From: a bacterium
GTDB taxonomy: Bacteria > JAMCPX01
Reading direction: 5' to 3'
DNA: 36,313 bases
NCBI GenBank assembly: GCA_037439545.1
Contig: JBBIVV010000021.1
Location: forward strand, 1 to 36,313
Under the pieces are notes generated by a model. That model was given only the letters and a program-made list of their open reading frames with translations, was not told the origin of the DNA and did not search any database. Shown one piece after another: positions 9,230 through 17,303 of the stretch. The translations under genes and the position numbers were made by a program. The first letter of the stretch is position 1, and each line of letters starts with the position of its first letter.

Positions 9230-9820
9230 TTATTTGCCATGCATACCATTCATGTCCATGCCGCTATCATGCTGCCCATTCATATGCTCACCCATGCTAC
9301 CGCCCTGCTGTCCACCCATACTACCTTCGTGTTGAATCTGCTCGTTCCGGTGCTGCATCATCTCCTGCATATTCAGTTTTTCCTGCTGCTGAACCTCATT
9401 TCTTACCTTATTGACAGCATCTACATCTTCTTTGTCTTTTGCCTGTTTCCCGTATGCATTGATGTTTGCATGGATAGATTTCATCACATTGCCGAGCTTG
9501 AGGTTATTTTTCTGTGCGATTTCGCCCCACCCCATTCCCTGTTTTCTCATCGACATGATTTGACCGATCGGTTTATTTGAATTTTTTGCAATCGCACCTG
9601 CAATGACAATCTCGCCATCACCATAATGTTCCTTATGCATTGCCTCAATACTCTTTGCATTAAGACCCGACGCTTTCTTCACGACCTCTAACTGTTCATT
9701 ATTCTGTGTCTGCGTTTGAACCTGTGTCTGAGTGGCTGCCTGTTCGGCAGTTACCGCTACTACCCCTGTTAAAGCAATAGTTAACACTATTACGCCCATT
9801 CCTGATATGACCTTTTTCAT
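9230..9820 (-). CDS. Secreted/periplasmic hypothetical protein with GMGWGEIA helical motif and Met/His/Gly/Gln-rich tail
   Basis: Signal peptide MKKVIS...VTA; SD AGGAGGT; tail MQEMMQH...HEGSMGGQQGGSMGEHMNGQHDSGMDMNGMHGK. Confidence 0.8.
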   Translation of the reverse strand: MKKVISGMGVIVLTIALTGVVAVTAEQAATQTQVQTQTQNNEQLEVVKKASGLNAKSIEAMHKEHYGDGEIVIAGAIAKNSNKPIGQIMSMRKQGMGWGEIAQKNNLKLGNVMKSIHANINAYGKQAKDKEDVDAVNKVRNEVQQQEKLNMQEMMQHRNEQIQHEGSMGGQQGGSMGEHMNGQHDSGMDMNGMHGK

Positions 9821-9863
9821 ATTTCTTACCTCCTTTATATTTAATAATTAGACGCAGAAGTGT

Positions 9864-10676
9864 TTAAAATGTTACAGACAGGCCAATTGTAAATGTCGAT
9901 ATGGTAGTTGTGAGATAATTCGATGCACCTGACCCTCCCAAGGGATTATTCATCGTGCCACCCATACCGTTTCCCATTGCCATGGTACCGATACCGCTTT
10001 TACCGGTTAATGTACCACTGGAATTACCCGTATATAAGGCATTGGCAGGGTTTGTCGTAATGCCCGTTGAAAGTCTGTACAATGCATAGAATCCAATATA
10101 TCTGTTTATTGTGTACGAGGTGCCGATTTCAAAGGATGTATCCTGTTGTGAAATCCCCGCATCAATAGAAGTATCAGCGCTCCCTTTAATATCGACAAGC
10201 CAGTCGTAAACCGGATAAAAGTAAACCCCAAGGAATATACCTATAAAACCACCGGGACCATAGATGTAATAATACACAGGCCCTGCACTCAGACTTACCT
10301 TGTCGGTGAGTGAATACCTTGAATCCAATTTTGACGAAAGGGCGTAATATCCATCGGTGTTCGGTGTGGCGCCAAATGTGGAATTTAACACGATACCAAG
10401 CTTATACCTTCCGCTTATTTTCTGGTAAATATTTGCATAGAGAATGTGGTATTCCTGTGTTGCCTGGGTAAAGTAATCCCATTCGTGGCTGTAGCCAATG
10501 CCAAGGAATGTTTTAAAAGTCGGCGTATAGCCGAGCGATGCAGAGAGCGTATAAAATGTTTCATGTTGATCAGTGAACGATACATCACTTCCCACGCCAG
10601 GATAAAATCCGGCATAAACATTGGCGGCCTGACTTAAAAATAACAGGACCACTGTATACCGTAACAATTTTTTCAT
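9864..10676 (-). CDS. Putative outer-membrane beta-barrel protein
   Basis: Signal peptide ending VYA; alternating aromatic/hydrophobic strands; C-terminal TIGLSVTF beta-signal. Confidence 0.75.
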   Translation of the reverse strand: MKKLLRYTVVLLFLSQAANVYAGFYPGVGSDVSFTDQHETFYTLSASLGYTPTFKTFLGIGYSHEWDYFTQATQEYHILYANIYQKISGRYKLGIVLNSTFGATPNTDGYYALSSKLDSRYSLTDKVSLSAGPVYYYIYGPGGFIGIFLGVYFYPVYDWLVDIKGSADTSIDAGISQQDTSFEIGTSYTINRYIGFYALYRLSTGITTNPANALYTGNSSGTLTGKSGIGTMAMGNGMGGTMNNPLGGSGASNYLTTTISTFTIGLSVTF

Positions 10677-10693
10677 TTCATCTCCCGATATTC

Positions 10694-10741
10694 ATTTTAA
10701 TATAAGACTTCACTGCGGCAAAAACAATACATAAAATTACA
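10694..10741 (-). promoter_or_regulatory. Putative promoter with upstream OmpR-type direct repeat for the barrel/Met-His operon
   Basis: Minus strand: TGTAAT TTTA TGTATT (10-bp period), then TTGCCG, 16 bp, TAAAAT. Confidence 0.4.
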
Positions 10742-10841
10742 AAACCGGCGGTATTTTATGGTATGACTTCAAGCATTCAAAATTATCTTGAACGCTTAAT
10801 TTCTTTATGTTAAGGTGCAGCTTAATATAGGGAGGTGCGAT

Positions 10842-12116
10842 ATGAAAATGTTTAAACTTGCTCTCGGTATAATCATGGTGGGGCTGATTTTTGTTCCTTC
10901 GACTGCATTCTCAAACGGTTATACGACCCCGTGGATCGGCGGCGAACTCCAGGGTCCTGCCGTTGCGTCCGGAGCTGGCGTATACTGGAACCCGGCATCC
11001 ATAGGCGGCATAGACAGTAACAGTCTATTTATCACCATTGAACCCACATATATGGCTGTCAGTTACAAGCCGGCTGGTTTTGACCAAAACGGCGTGCCCT
11101 ACAATAAAGTAAGTTTTCAAAGTTGGGCTCCATTGCCTACACTCGCAGCGACTTTTAAGCTGCCTGCGGGCTTCAGTGCGGGTCTCGGTGTATATGCACC
11201 ATTCGCAAGGACGGCAAATTTCCCGCTCAATGGTCCTGAAAGATACAACGGTGCCTCTGTATTTATGTTATTTGGCAGTATAACACCTGTACTTACCTAC
11301 AAGATCATGCCATCTCTTATAGTCGGAGCAGGGTTTAACTATAACATTGGTTATTTAGATGAGAAACAGAGCCTTTCAATAGATTTTGCCAATCCCGGAG
11401 ATCAAAGCCCATTAGCTGAGGCAAAGGTCCATTTGAAAAATAATATAGGTACGACGTATGGGTGGACAGCTGGTATATATTTTAAACCCACGTATAACTT
11501 CACCGCAGGTATCTCCTATATAGCAAGAACTTATTATACACTTGACGGTACTGCAGATGTAACTAATCCTACCTTGGGCTCGGTGACGGCAAAGACAAAA
11601 ATGGACATTTCCATGCCGCAGATGATAAACATCGGGCTCCATTTCCTTCCGACACCGGATTGGATCGTAGATTTGACTGAACAGTGGATCAATTGGTCTG
11701 AATACAAAACTATACATGTTAAACTTTACGATGCATCCAGCCCATTAGTCTATCCTAATTCATTGAGTTCATCCAGAGACATAGATATCCTGACAGGGTT
11801 TGATGATGTGTTGAATTCAAAATTATGGGTCGGCTACAAAGGTTTCAAAGATTGGCTCCTTGCAGGCGGTGTTACCTATGACCCGTCAGGCATACCGTTA
11901 AACAATATCTATTCGCTGAACCTGGAGTTTAACAAGATGGAAGTATTTGGAGAGGCAGACTACAGTATATCCCCATCAACGACTATAGGTTTAGGTTATG
12001 ACCATAACTTTACACAGGACGCCCAGGTAACGGACAGCGTCTCCGTGCCGTCTTCGAATGGAGTTTACAAGGCTGACATTGAAAAGATCACACTGCTGTT
12101 GAACTATAAGTTTTAG
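10842..12116 (+). CDS. FadL/OmpP1/TodX-family outer-membrane transporter
   Basis: SD GGAGG before ATG 10842; signal peptide; hatch motif VYWNPASI; GLGVYAPF; MPQMINIG; C-terminal LNYKF. Confidence 0.85.
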   Translation: MKMFKLALGIIMVGLIFVPSTAFSNGYTTPWIGGELQGPAVASGAGVYWNPASIGGIDSNSLFITIEPTYMAVSYKPAGFDQNGVPYNKVSFQSWAPLPTLAATFKLPAGFSAGLGVYAPFARTANFPLNGPERYNGASVFMLFGSITPVLTYKIMPSLIVGAGFNYNIGYLDEKQSLSIDFANPGDQSPLAEAKVHLKNNIGTTYGWTAGIYFKPTYNFTAGISYIARTYYTLDGTADVTNPTLGSVTAKTKMDISMPQMINIGLHFLPTPDWIVDLTEQWINWSEYKTIHVKLYDASSPLVYPNSLSSSRDIDILTGFDDVLNSKLWVGYKGFKDWLLAGGVTYDPSGIPLNNIYSLNLEFNKMEVFGEADYSISPSTTIGLGYDHNFTQDAQVTDSVSVPSSNGVYKADIEKITLLLNYKF

Positions 12117-12137
12117 GCAGTTGGTTTATTTCAATAC

Positions 12138-12229
12138 GTCATTCCCGCACAAACGGGAGTCCGGTAGTGGGTACACTGCAGCGTACCCACTACAACGATT
12201 TTTGAACGCCAGATCACGTGCAGAATGAC
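12138..12229. repeat. Composite palindromic element: degenerate GTCATTCCCGC...GAATGAC element enclosing a GTAG-led REP hairpin
   Basis: Outer arms GTCATTCCCGCAC (12138) and GTGCAGAATGAC (ends 12229); inner perfect 11-bp inverted repeat GTAGTGGGTAC-N8-GTACCCACTAC (12164-12193). Confidence 0.7.
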
Positions 12230-12266
12230 ATAAATACGGGCTGGCTGATCCCCTTACGAAGAAACC

Positions 12267-13826
12267 ATGTTCGTCAAAGCTAAACTAATCATAGATGACA
12301 AAGAGTTAACCACCTATGCAAATAATCCCGGGAGTCTCCTTGAGATCATAGTCCAGGCCGGCAAAGCCGTCGATGCGCCGTGCGCAGGACTCGGAAGATG
12401 CGGCAAGTGCCGGGTTCATGTAATCGGGTCACTTCAGCCGGACAACCTTGAAACAGCACTTTTATCCCGTGAAGAAATAAAAGCCGGCATAAGGCTTGCG
12501 TGCAGAAAAAGGGATATTCCGCACGATCTTACCCTACAATTATCAAAGGTAAGAGAAGAATACGTCAGGACAGCGTATAAGATAGAGCCTGCCGATGTCG
12601 GTGTCGCTATAGACTTTGGAACAACGAGTATAGTCATAGCGCTTATAAATATGTCTCAGGGTAATATTATTGCGATGAAAAGCATGCTTAATCCCCAGAG
12701 GATTTATGGCGCGGATGTCGTTTCACGGATAAAGGCTGGTCTCGATACCGCTGTTCTCGAACAGATGAAGTATAGTGCCGTTCATGCGGTTGCTCAAGAA
12801 ATGCATAAGCTGCTCGAAGAAATAGGCCTGAAGAATGAGGCGATCAAATCCGTACACATAGCAGGTAATACAACGATGGAACACATCATAGCAGGTATAG
12901 ATTTGTCGGGTCTTGCAAAGGCTCCCTACAAACCTGTCTTCACCGATATGAAGCACGTCCCTGATTTAAAAACCATGTTAGGTGTCGAGACTGATGATGT
13001 TAAGCTGTTCCCCATTATAGGCGGGTTTGTAGGGGGCGATACAGTCGCATCCATGCTTGCCTGTACTATGGATAGGTCTGATGAGACCATCGCATTGATA
13101 GACATTGGAACAAATGCGGAGATTGCCGTTGGTAACAAATCAAGCGTCTTTGTAAGCTCGGCTCCTGCAGGGCCGGCATTTGAAGGAGGAGAAATAAGGC
13201 AGGGTATGCGTGCCCAGGATGGTGCAATCGAGGATATACATATTACCGGTGACTCTCTTTACCTCGACGTAAAGGGCAATAAAGAACCGGAAGGAATTTG
13301 TGGTTCCGGACTTATCAGGCTGGTAGCCGAACTTATGAAAGCAGGTGTTATTACCCCAAAAGGTGAACTACTCGAAGCAGGCAGTATCCATGATAATCTT
13401 TCTCTCAGAATCGTAAAAAAAGACGATGAACAGGCATTTATGCTTTACAGGTCTTACGATCATAATGTGTACCTGTATCAATCGGACATACGCGCACTCC
13501 AGCTTGCGAAGGCAAGCATAGCTGCAGGGTTGGATTTAATAATCAAATTATCCGGCATGAAGCCGTCAAAACTTTTTATTGCAGGTGCTTTCGGCAATTA
13601 TTTGAGACCGGACGATCTCATGCTCACAGGCATGATACCGTCAGATTTAGCCGGGAACGCATACTTTATTGGAGACAGTGTCATAGCAGGTTTAAAACGG
13701 TTTATCATAAATGAACCTGAAGTTGCGATGGATAATTTCCTGTCCCATATCGAGCACATTGAGCTTGCGGACGACCCATCTTTCAACAAGAGGTTTCTGT
13801 CCTTGATTGAATTAAAGGCTTTTTAA
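12267..13826 (+). CDS. ASKHA-domain protein with N-terminal [2Fe-2S] ferredoxin (RACo/DUF4445, reductive activator of corrinoid proteins)
   Basis: CAGLGRCGKC...RLAC; IDFGTTSI, NPQRIYGADVVSRI, GNTTMEH, GFVGGD, IDIGTNAE, AGPAFEG, GICGSG, DIRALQLAK, IAGAFG. Confidence 0.92.
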   Translation: MFVKAKLIIDDKELTTYANNPGSLLEIIVQAGKAVDAPCAGLGRCGKCRVHVIGSLQPDNLETALLSREEIKAGIRLACRKRDIPHDLTLQLSKVREEYVRTAYKIEPADVGVAIDFGTTSIVIALINMSQGNIIAMKSMLNPQRIYGADVVSRIKAGLDTAVLEQMKYSAVHAVAQEMHKLLEEIGLKNEAIKSVHIAGNTTMEHIIAGIDLSGLAKAPYKPVFTDMKHVPDLKTMLGVETDDVKLFPIIGGFVGGDTVASMLACTMDRSDETIALIDIGTNAEIAVGNKSSVFVSSAPAGPAFEGGEIRQGMRAQDGAIEDIHITGDSLYLDVKGNKEPEGICGSGLIRLVAELMKAGVITPKGELLEAGSIHDNLSLRIVKKDDEQAFMLYRSYDHNVYLYQSDIRALQLAKASIAAGLDLIIKLSGMKPSKLFIAGAFGNYLRPDDLMLTGMIPSDLAGNAYFIGDSVIAGLKRFIINEPEVAMDNFLSHIEHIELADDPSFNKRFLSLIELKAF

Positions 13827-13845
13827 TATCTATAACCATAAAATA

Positions 13846-13870
13846 AAATTGAAACAGGGTGTTTCAATTT
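13846..13870. promoter_or_regulatory. Perfect 11-bp inverted repeat (operator or AT-rich hairpin) overlapping a -35 box
   Basis: AAATTGAAACA GGG TGTTTCAATTT. Confidence 0.6.
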
Positions 13871-13897
13871 GACATAGGGCGTAAATTTCAGTAGATT
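13869..13897 (+). promoter_or_regulatory. Sigma70-type promoter for the lipoprotein-rml operon
   Basis: TTGACA (13869-13874), 17 bp, TAGATT (13892-13897), 6 bp, ATG 13904. Confidence 0.65.
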
Positions 13898-13903
13898 AAC
13901 ACA

Positions 13904-14593
13904 ATGCTGAAAAATGTTAACTACATCGCCCTCATGTGCCTGCTTCTTCTGACAGGCTGTATAAATGTAAGTGAAAATATTGTCCTTAAGCTCGATGGTT
14001 CAGGGAGCCTGCGGCTCACTTATTCTATACCGGAGGCATTAATGAAGGACCAACAGGGCCTGCACAATGCAATGACTCAAACGGGTATTATGTTTCCCTT
14101 GACAAAGCAGGATTTTAGCAATCAGTTTGCGGGTCTTGAAGGAGTTGAGATAAAGAATGTAAAAACATACACGGAAAAGGGATACTACGTTATCGATGGA
14201 AGGGTAAAATTTAAGAATATAAACGATCTAAAGACGGGCAATATAATATTTGTCCTTAAAAACAGCGGCAGCGATAAAGAACTGATAATATCTTTAATCA
14301 ATTCCATGAATAAAGAAAAAGAACATGTATCCGTGAACAATAGAACGCGGCCTCATGGAAACATGAACTATGAAAATATACTGAAAGGTTCTCTGACCAA
14401 TTACGGTATAAAAATTGACGTGAGCTTTCCGACGGACGTACTGTCTGCAAACGGTAAGATACAGAGCAGAGATGTAAAATGGGATGTACCCATGAACGTA
14501 TTCCTCAATAGTCAGGCAAAAGAGATGGAACTTAAGGCAGTTTATTCAGGCAATCCGGGAATTTTTGACAGGATAAAGGACTTTTTCAGATAA
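13904..14593 (+). CDS. Putative lipoprotein (LppM/DUF3153-like)
   Basis: Lipobox LLTG-C; ENIVLKLDGSG and VSFPTDVLSANG...VKW patterns; stop overlaps the rmlA start (TAATG). Confidence 0.7.
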   Translation: MLKNVNYIALMCLLLLTGCINVSENIVLKLDGSGSLRLTYSIPEALMKDQQGLHNAMTQTGIMFPLTKQDFSNQFAGLEGVEIKNVKTYTEKGYYVIDGRVKFKNINDLKTGNIIFVLKNSGSDKELIISLINSMNKEKEHVSVNNRTRPHGNMNYENILKGSLTNYGIKIDVSFPTDVLSANGKIQSRDVKWDVPMNVFLNSQAKEMELKAVYSGNPGIFDRIKDFFR

Positions 14594-15657
14594 TGAAGGC
14601 GCTCATTCTCAGCGGTGGCAAGGGGACGAGATTAAGACCCATCACACATACCGGTGCAAAACAACTTATCCCGGTTGCAAATAAACCCATCCTCTTTTAT
14701 GCGATAGAGGCCATAAGGGATGCGGGTATAAAAGATATCGGTATAATCGTCGGTGATACGGCTGAAGAGGTTAAAAGCGCTGTTGCGGACGGCAGGAGAT
14801 TCGGCGTAAAAATAACCTATATACCGCAGGATGAACCTCTTGGTCTTGCCCATGCAGTTCTGATAGCGAAGGATTTTCTTAAAGATGACGCATTCGTTAT
14901 GTATCTTGGCGATAACCTGATAAAGAGCGGTATTGCAAACCTTGTCGAGCAGTTCAAACAGCAGTCTCCCAATTCCCAAATACTGCTTGCCCATGTAAAA
15001 AATCCAAATCAATTCGGTGTGGCTGAACTGAAAGATTCGAAGGTGATAAGGCTTGAAGAAAAGCCGAAAAAGCCCAAAAGCGATCTTGCCCTTGTCGGTG
15101 TTTACATGTTCGATAAAAATATCCATACTGCGGTGCGGGCGATAAAACCGTCCAAAAGAGGCGAGCTTGAGATCACGGATGCAATTCAGTGGCTTATAGA
15201 TAACCGTTTTAAGGTGCTGCCCCACATCGTAACAGGTTGGTGGAAGGATACAGGCAAACTGGAAGACATGCTCGAGGCTAACAGGATGATGCTCGATACC
15301 TATGAAACGGCCGTCAAAGGAACGGTCGATGAAGGTTCACGGGTAGAGTTCAAGGTTGTTATCGAGAAGGGCGCTCTTGTTAAACATTCTACGATTAGAG
15401 GGCCTGCCGCAATAGGGAGCGGTGCAAAGATTATTAACTCATACATCGGCCCGTTTACATCGATATCATCCGGCACACAGGTTATAAACAGTGAGATAGA
15501 ACACAGTATAATTCTTGAAAATTGTCTTATCGAGGATGTCGGAATAAAGATAGAGGACAGTCTTATCGGCAGGAACGTAGAGGTAAAGAAGCTCAATGAA
15601 AAGCCCAAGGTTTATAGGCTGCTGCTCGGCGACAACAGCAAGGTGGGGCTGCCGTAG
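14593..15657 (+). CDS. rmlA: Glucose-1-phosphate thymidylyltransferase, long form
   Basis: ALILSGGKGTRLRPITHT, KQLIPVANKP, GLAHAV, YLGDN, EEKP, RGELEITDA, WWKDTG; C-terminal left-handed beta-helix repeats. Confidence 0.95.
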   Translation: MKALILSGGKGTRLRPITHTGAKQLIPVANKPILFYAIEAIRDAGIKDIGIIVGDTAEEVKSAVADGRRFGVKITYIPQDEPLGLAHAVLIAKDFLKDDAFVMYLGDNLIKSGIANLVEQFKQQSPNSQILLAHVKNPNQFGVAELKDSKVIRLEEKPKKPKSDLALVGVYMFDKNIHTAVRAIKPSKRGELEITDAIQWLIDNRFKVLPHIVTGWWKDTGKLEDMLEANRMMLDTYETAVKGTVDEGSRVEFKVVIEKGALVKHSTIRGPAAIGSGAKIINSYIGPFTSISSGTQVINSEIEHSIILENCLIEDVGIKIEDSLIGRNVEVKKLNEKPKVYRLLLGDNSKVGLP

Positions 15658-15658
15658 T

Positions 15659-15757
15659 GAGTTTATGAGTGATGGAGTGAGAGGGTGTAAGAGTTAAAGA
15701 ATGGGGAAGTAAAGAATCTAAAATTAACAAAGTAGGGGCGGGGTCACTCCGCCCTAT
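15659..15757. repeat. Degenerate 8-bp tandem repeats followed by a GTAG REP-like hairpin
   Basis: GAGTTTAT GAGTGATG GAGTGAGA GGGTGTAA GAGTTAAA..., then GTAGGGGCGGGGTCACTCCGCCCTAT (15732-15757). Confidence 0.65.
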
Positions 15758-15789
15758 AGCTCATAGATTAGTTTATAGGAGACATAAAT

Positions 15790-16245
15790 ATGATCGACGG
15801 TGTGAAGGTTAAAAATTTAAAAATTATATGCGATGAACGGGGCATGTTGATGGAGATCCTGCGATCCGATGAAGAGATATTCACGAAATTCGGACAGGTT
15901 TATTTGACCACAGGATACCCGGGTGTTGTAAAGGCATGGCATTATCATAAATATCAAACGGATAATATGACGGTCGTCAAAGGTATGATGAAGATCGTCC
16001 TTTATGACGCCAGGGAAGGCTCCAAAACGAAAGGAGAGGTAAACCAATTTTTTGTAGGCGAGCATAACCCCATACTCGTTGCCATACCGGAAATGGTTTA
16101 TCACGGGTTTAAGTGTATAAGTGAGACAGAGGCAATCGTCATAAATATACCCACGAATATCTTTAATTATAAGCAGCCCGATGAATATAGGATCGACCCC
16201 CACAAAAACGATATACCGTATGACTGGTCCAGGAAAGACGGGTAG
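15790..16245 (+). CDS. rmlC: dTDP-4-dehydrorhamnose 3,5-epimerase (short cupin form)
   Basis: DERGMLME, VVKAWHYH, IPEMVYHGF; position between rmlA and rmlB. Confidence 0.9.
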   Translation: MIDGVKVKNLKIICDERGMLMEILRSDEEIFTKFGQVYLTTGYPGVVKAWHYHKYQTDNMTVVKGMMKIVLYDAREGSKTKGEVNQFFVGEHNPILVAIPEMVYHGFKCISETEAIVINIPTNIFNYKQPDEYRIDPHKNDIPYDWSRKDG

Positions 16246-16289
16246 GAAGAGAAAGCAGGATACGGCGGCTTATAGAGAGGTTTGATATC

Positions 16290-17303
16290 ATGAAGATTCT
16301 TGTTACCGGCGGGGCCGGATTCATTGGCTCGAATTTTATACTCTACATGCTGGATCACCATCAGGATTATGACATTATTAATCTTGATAAACTTACCTAT
16401 GCGGGTAATCTTGAGAATCTTAAAGATGTAACAGCCAATCCGCATTATAAATTTGTCAGGGGGGACATAGCTGATACAGAGCTCGTCGGCGGTATTATGG
16501 ATAAAGGTGTGGATGCGGTGATAAACTTTGCAGCAGAATCTCATGTAGACAGAAGCATACTTGAACCGGCAACGTTCATCAAAACAAACGTACTGGGTAC
16601 GCAGATACTGCTCGACAGGGCCAGGGAAAAACATGTGCCGAGATTTATTCAAATCTCGACAGACGAGGTTTACGGGTCTCTCGGCGCAACAGGCAGGTTT
16701 ACGGAAACGACGTGTCTGGCTCCCAACAGCCCTTATTCCGCAAGCAAGGCATCCGCCGATTTGATTGCACGTGCTTATCACGAAACATTTAACATGCCTG
16801 TTATAACAACGAGGACATCGAATAATTATGGTCCTTATCAGTTTCCGGAAAAACTCCTTCCCCTTGCGATTACCAATATTTTAGAAGACAAGCCCGTTCC
16901 AATCTATGGAGACGGACTGAATGTAAGGGACTGGATCTTCGTTATGGACAATGCAGAGGCAATTGACCTTGTCCTGCATAAGGGAAAAGAAGGCGAAGTT
17001 TACAATATCGGGGCCGGTTACGAGAACGCCAACAGCACACTTATAAAAACCGTTTTACGGCTCATGAACAAACCGGAATCACTCATAACCTATGTAAAAG
17101 ACAGGCCCGGTCATGACAAAAGGTATGCGATTGACCCTTCGAAGATTACCACTGCCCTCGGATGGTCTGCGCGCACGTCTCTTGAACAAGGACTCAAGAA
17201 GACCATTGACTGGTATGTGATGAACCATGACTGGTGGCAAAGGGTCAAGTCGGGCGAGTATCTGAAATACTACGAGAAAAATTACTCCGTGAAGGGATTA
17301 TAG
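16290..17303 (+). CDS. rmlB: dTDP-glucose 4,6-dehydratase
   Basis: GGAGFIG, DKLTYAGN, FAAESHVDRSI, STDEVYG, PYSASKA, NNYGPYQFPEK, DRPGHD. Confidence 0.97.
   Translation: MKILVTGGAGFIGSNFILYMLDHHQDYDIINLDKLTYAGNLENLKDVTANPHYKFVRGDIADTELVGGIMDKGVDAVINFAAESHVDRSILEPATFIKTNVLGTQILLDRAREKHVPRFIQISTDEVYGSLGATGRFTETTCLAPNSPYSASKASADLIARAYHETFNMPVITTRTSNNYGPYQFPEKLLPLAITNILEDKPVPIYGDGLNVRDWIFVMDNAEAIDLVLHKGKEGEVYNIGAGYENANSTLIKTVLRLMNKPESLITYVKDRPGHDKRYAIDPSKITTALGWSARTSLEQGLKKTIDWYVMNHDWWQRVKSGEYLKYYEKNYSVKGL

Noticed and set aside
13848..13868. ATTGAAAC / GTTTCAAT resembling CRISPR repeat termini
   Set aside because: Single occurrence in inverted arrangement, with no repeat-spacer periodicity and no cas genes.
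17234..17302. Longer N-termini in the ORF track (rmlD 17234, pfkA 21421, HAD 21401, fadL 10815)
   Set aside because: Family N-terminal motifs, SD positions and overlaps favour starts at 17303, 21385, 21491 and 10842.
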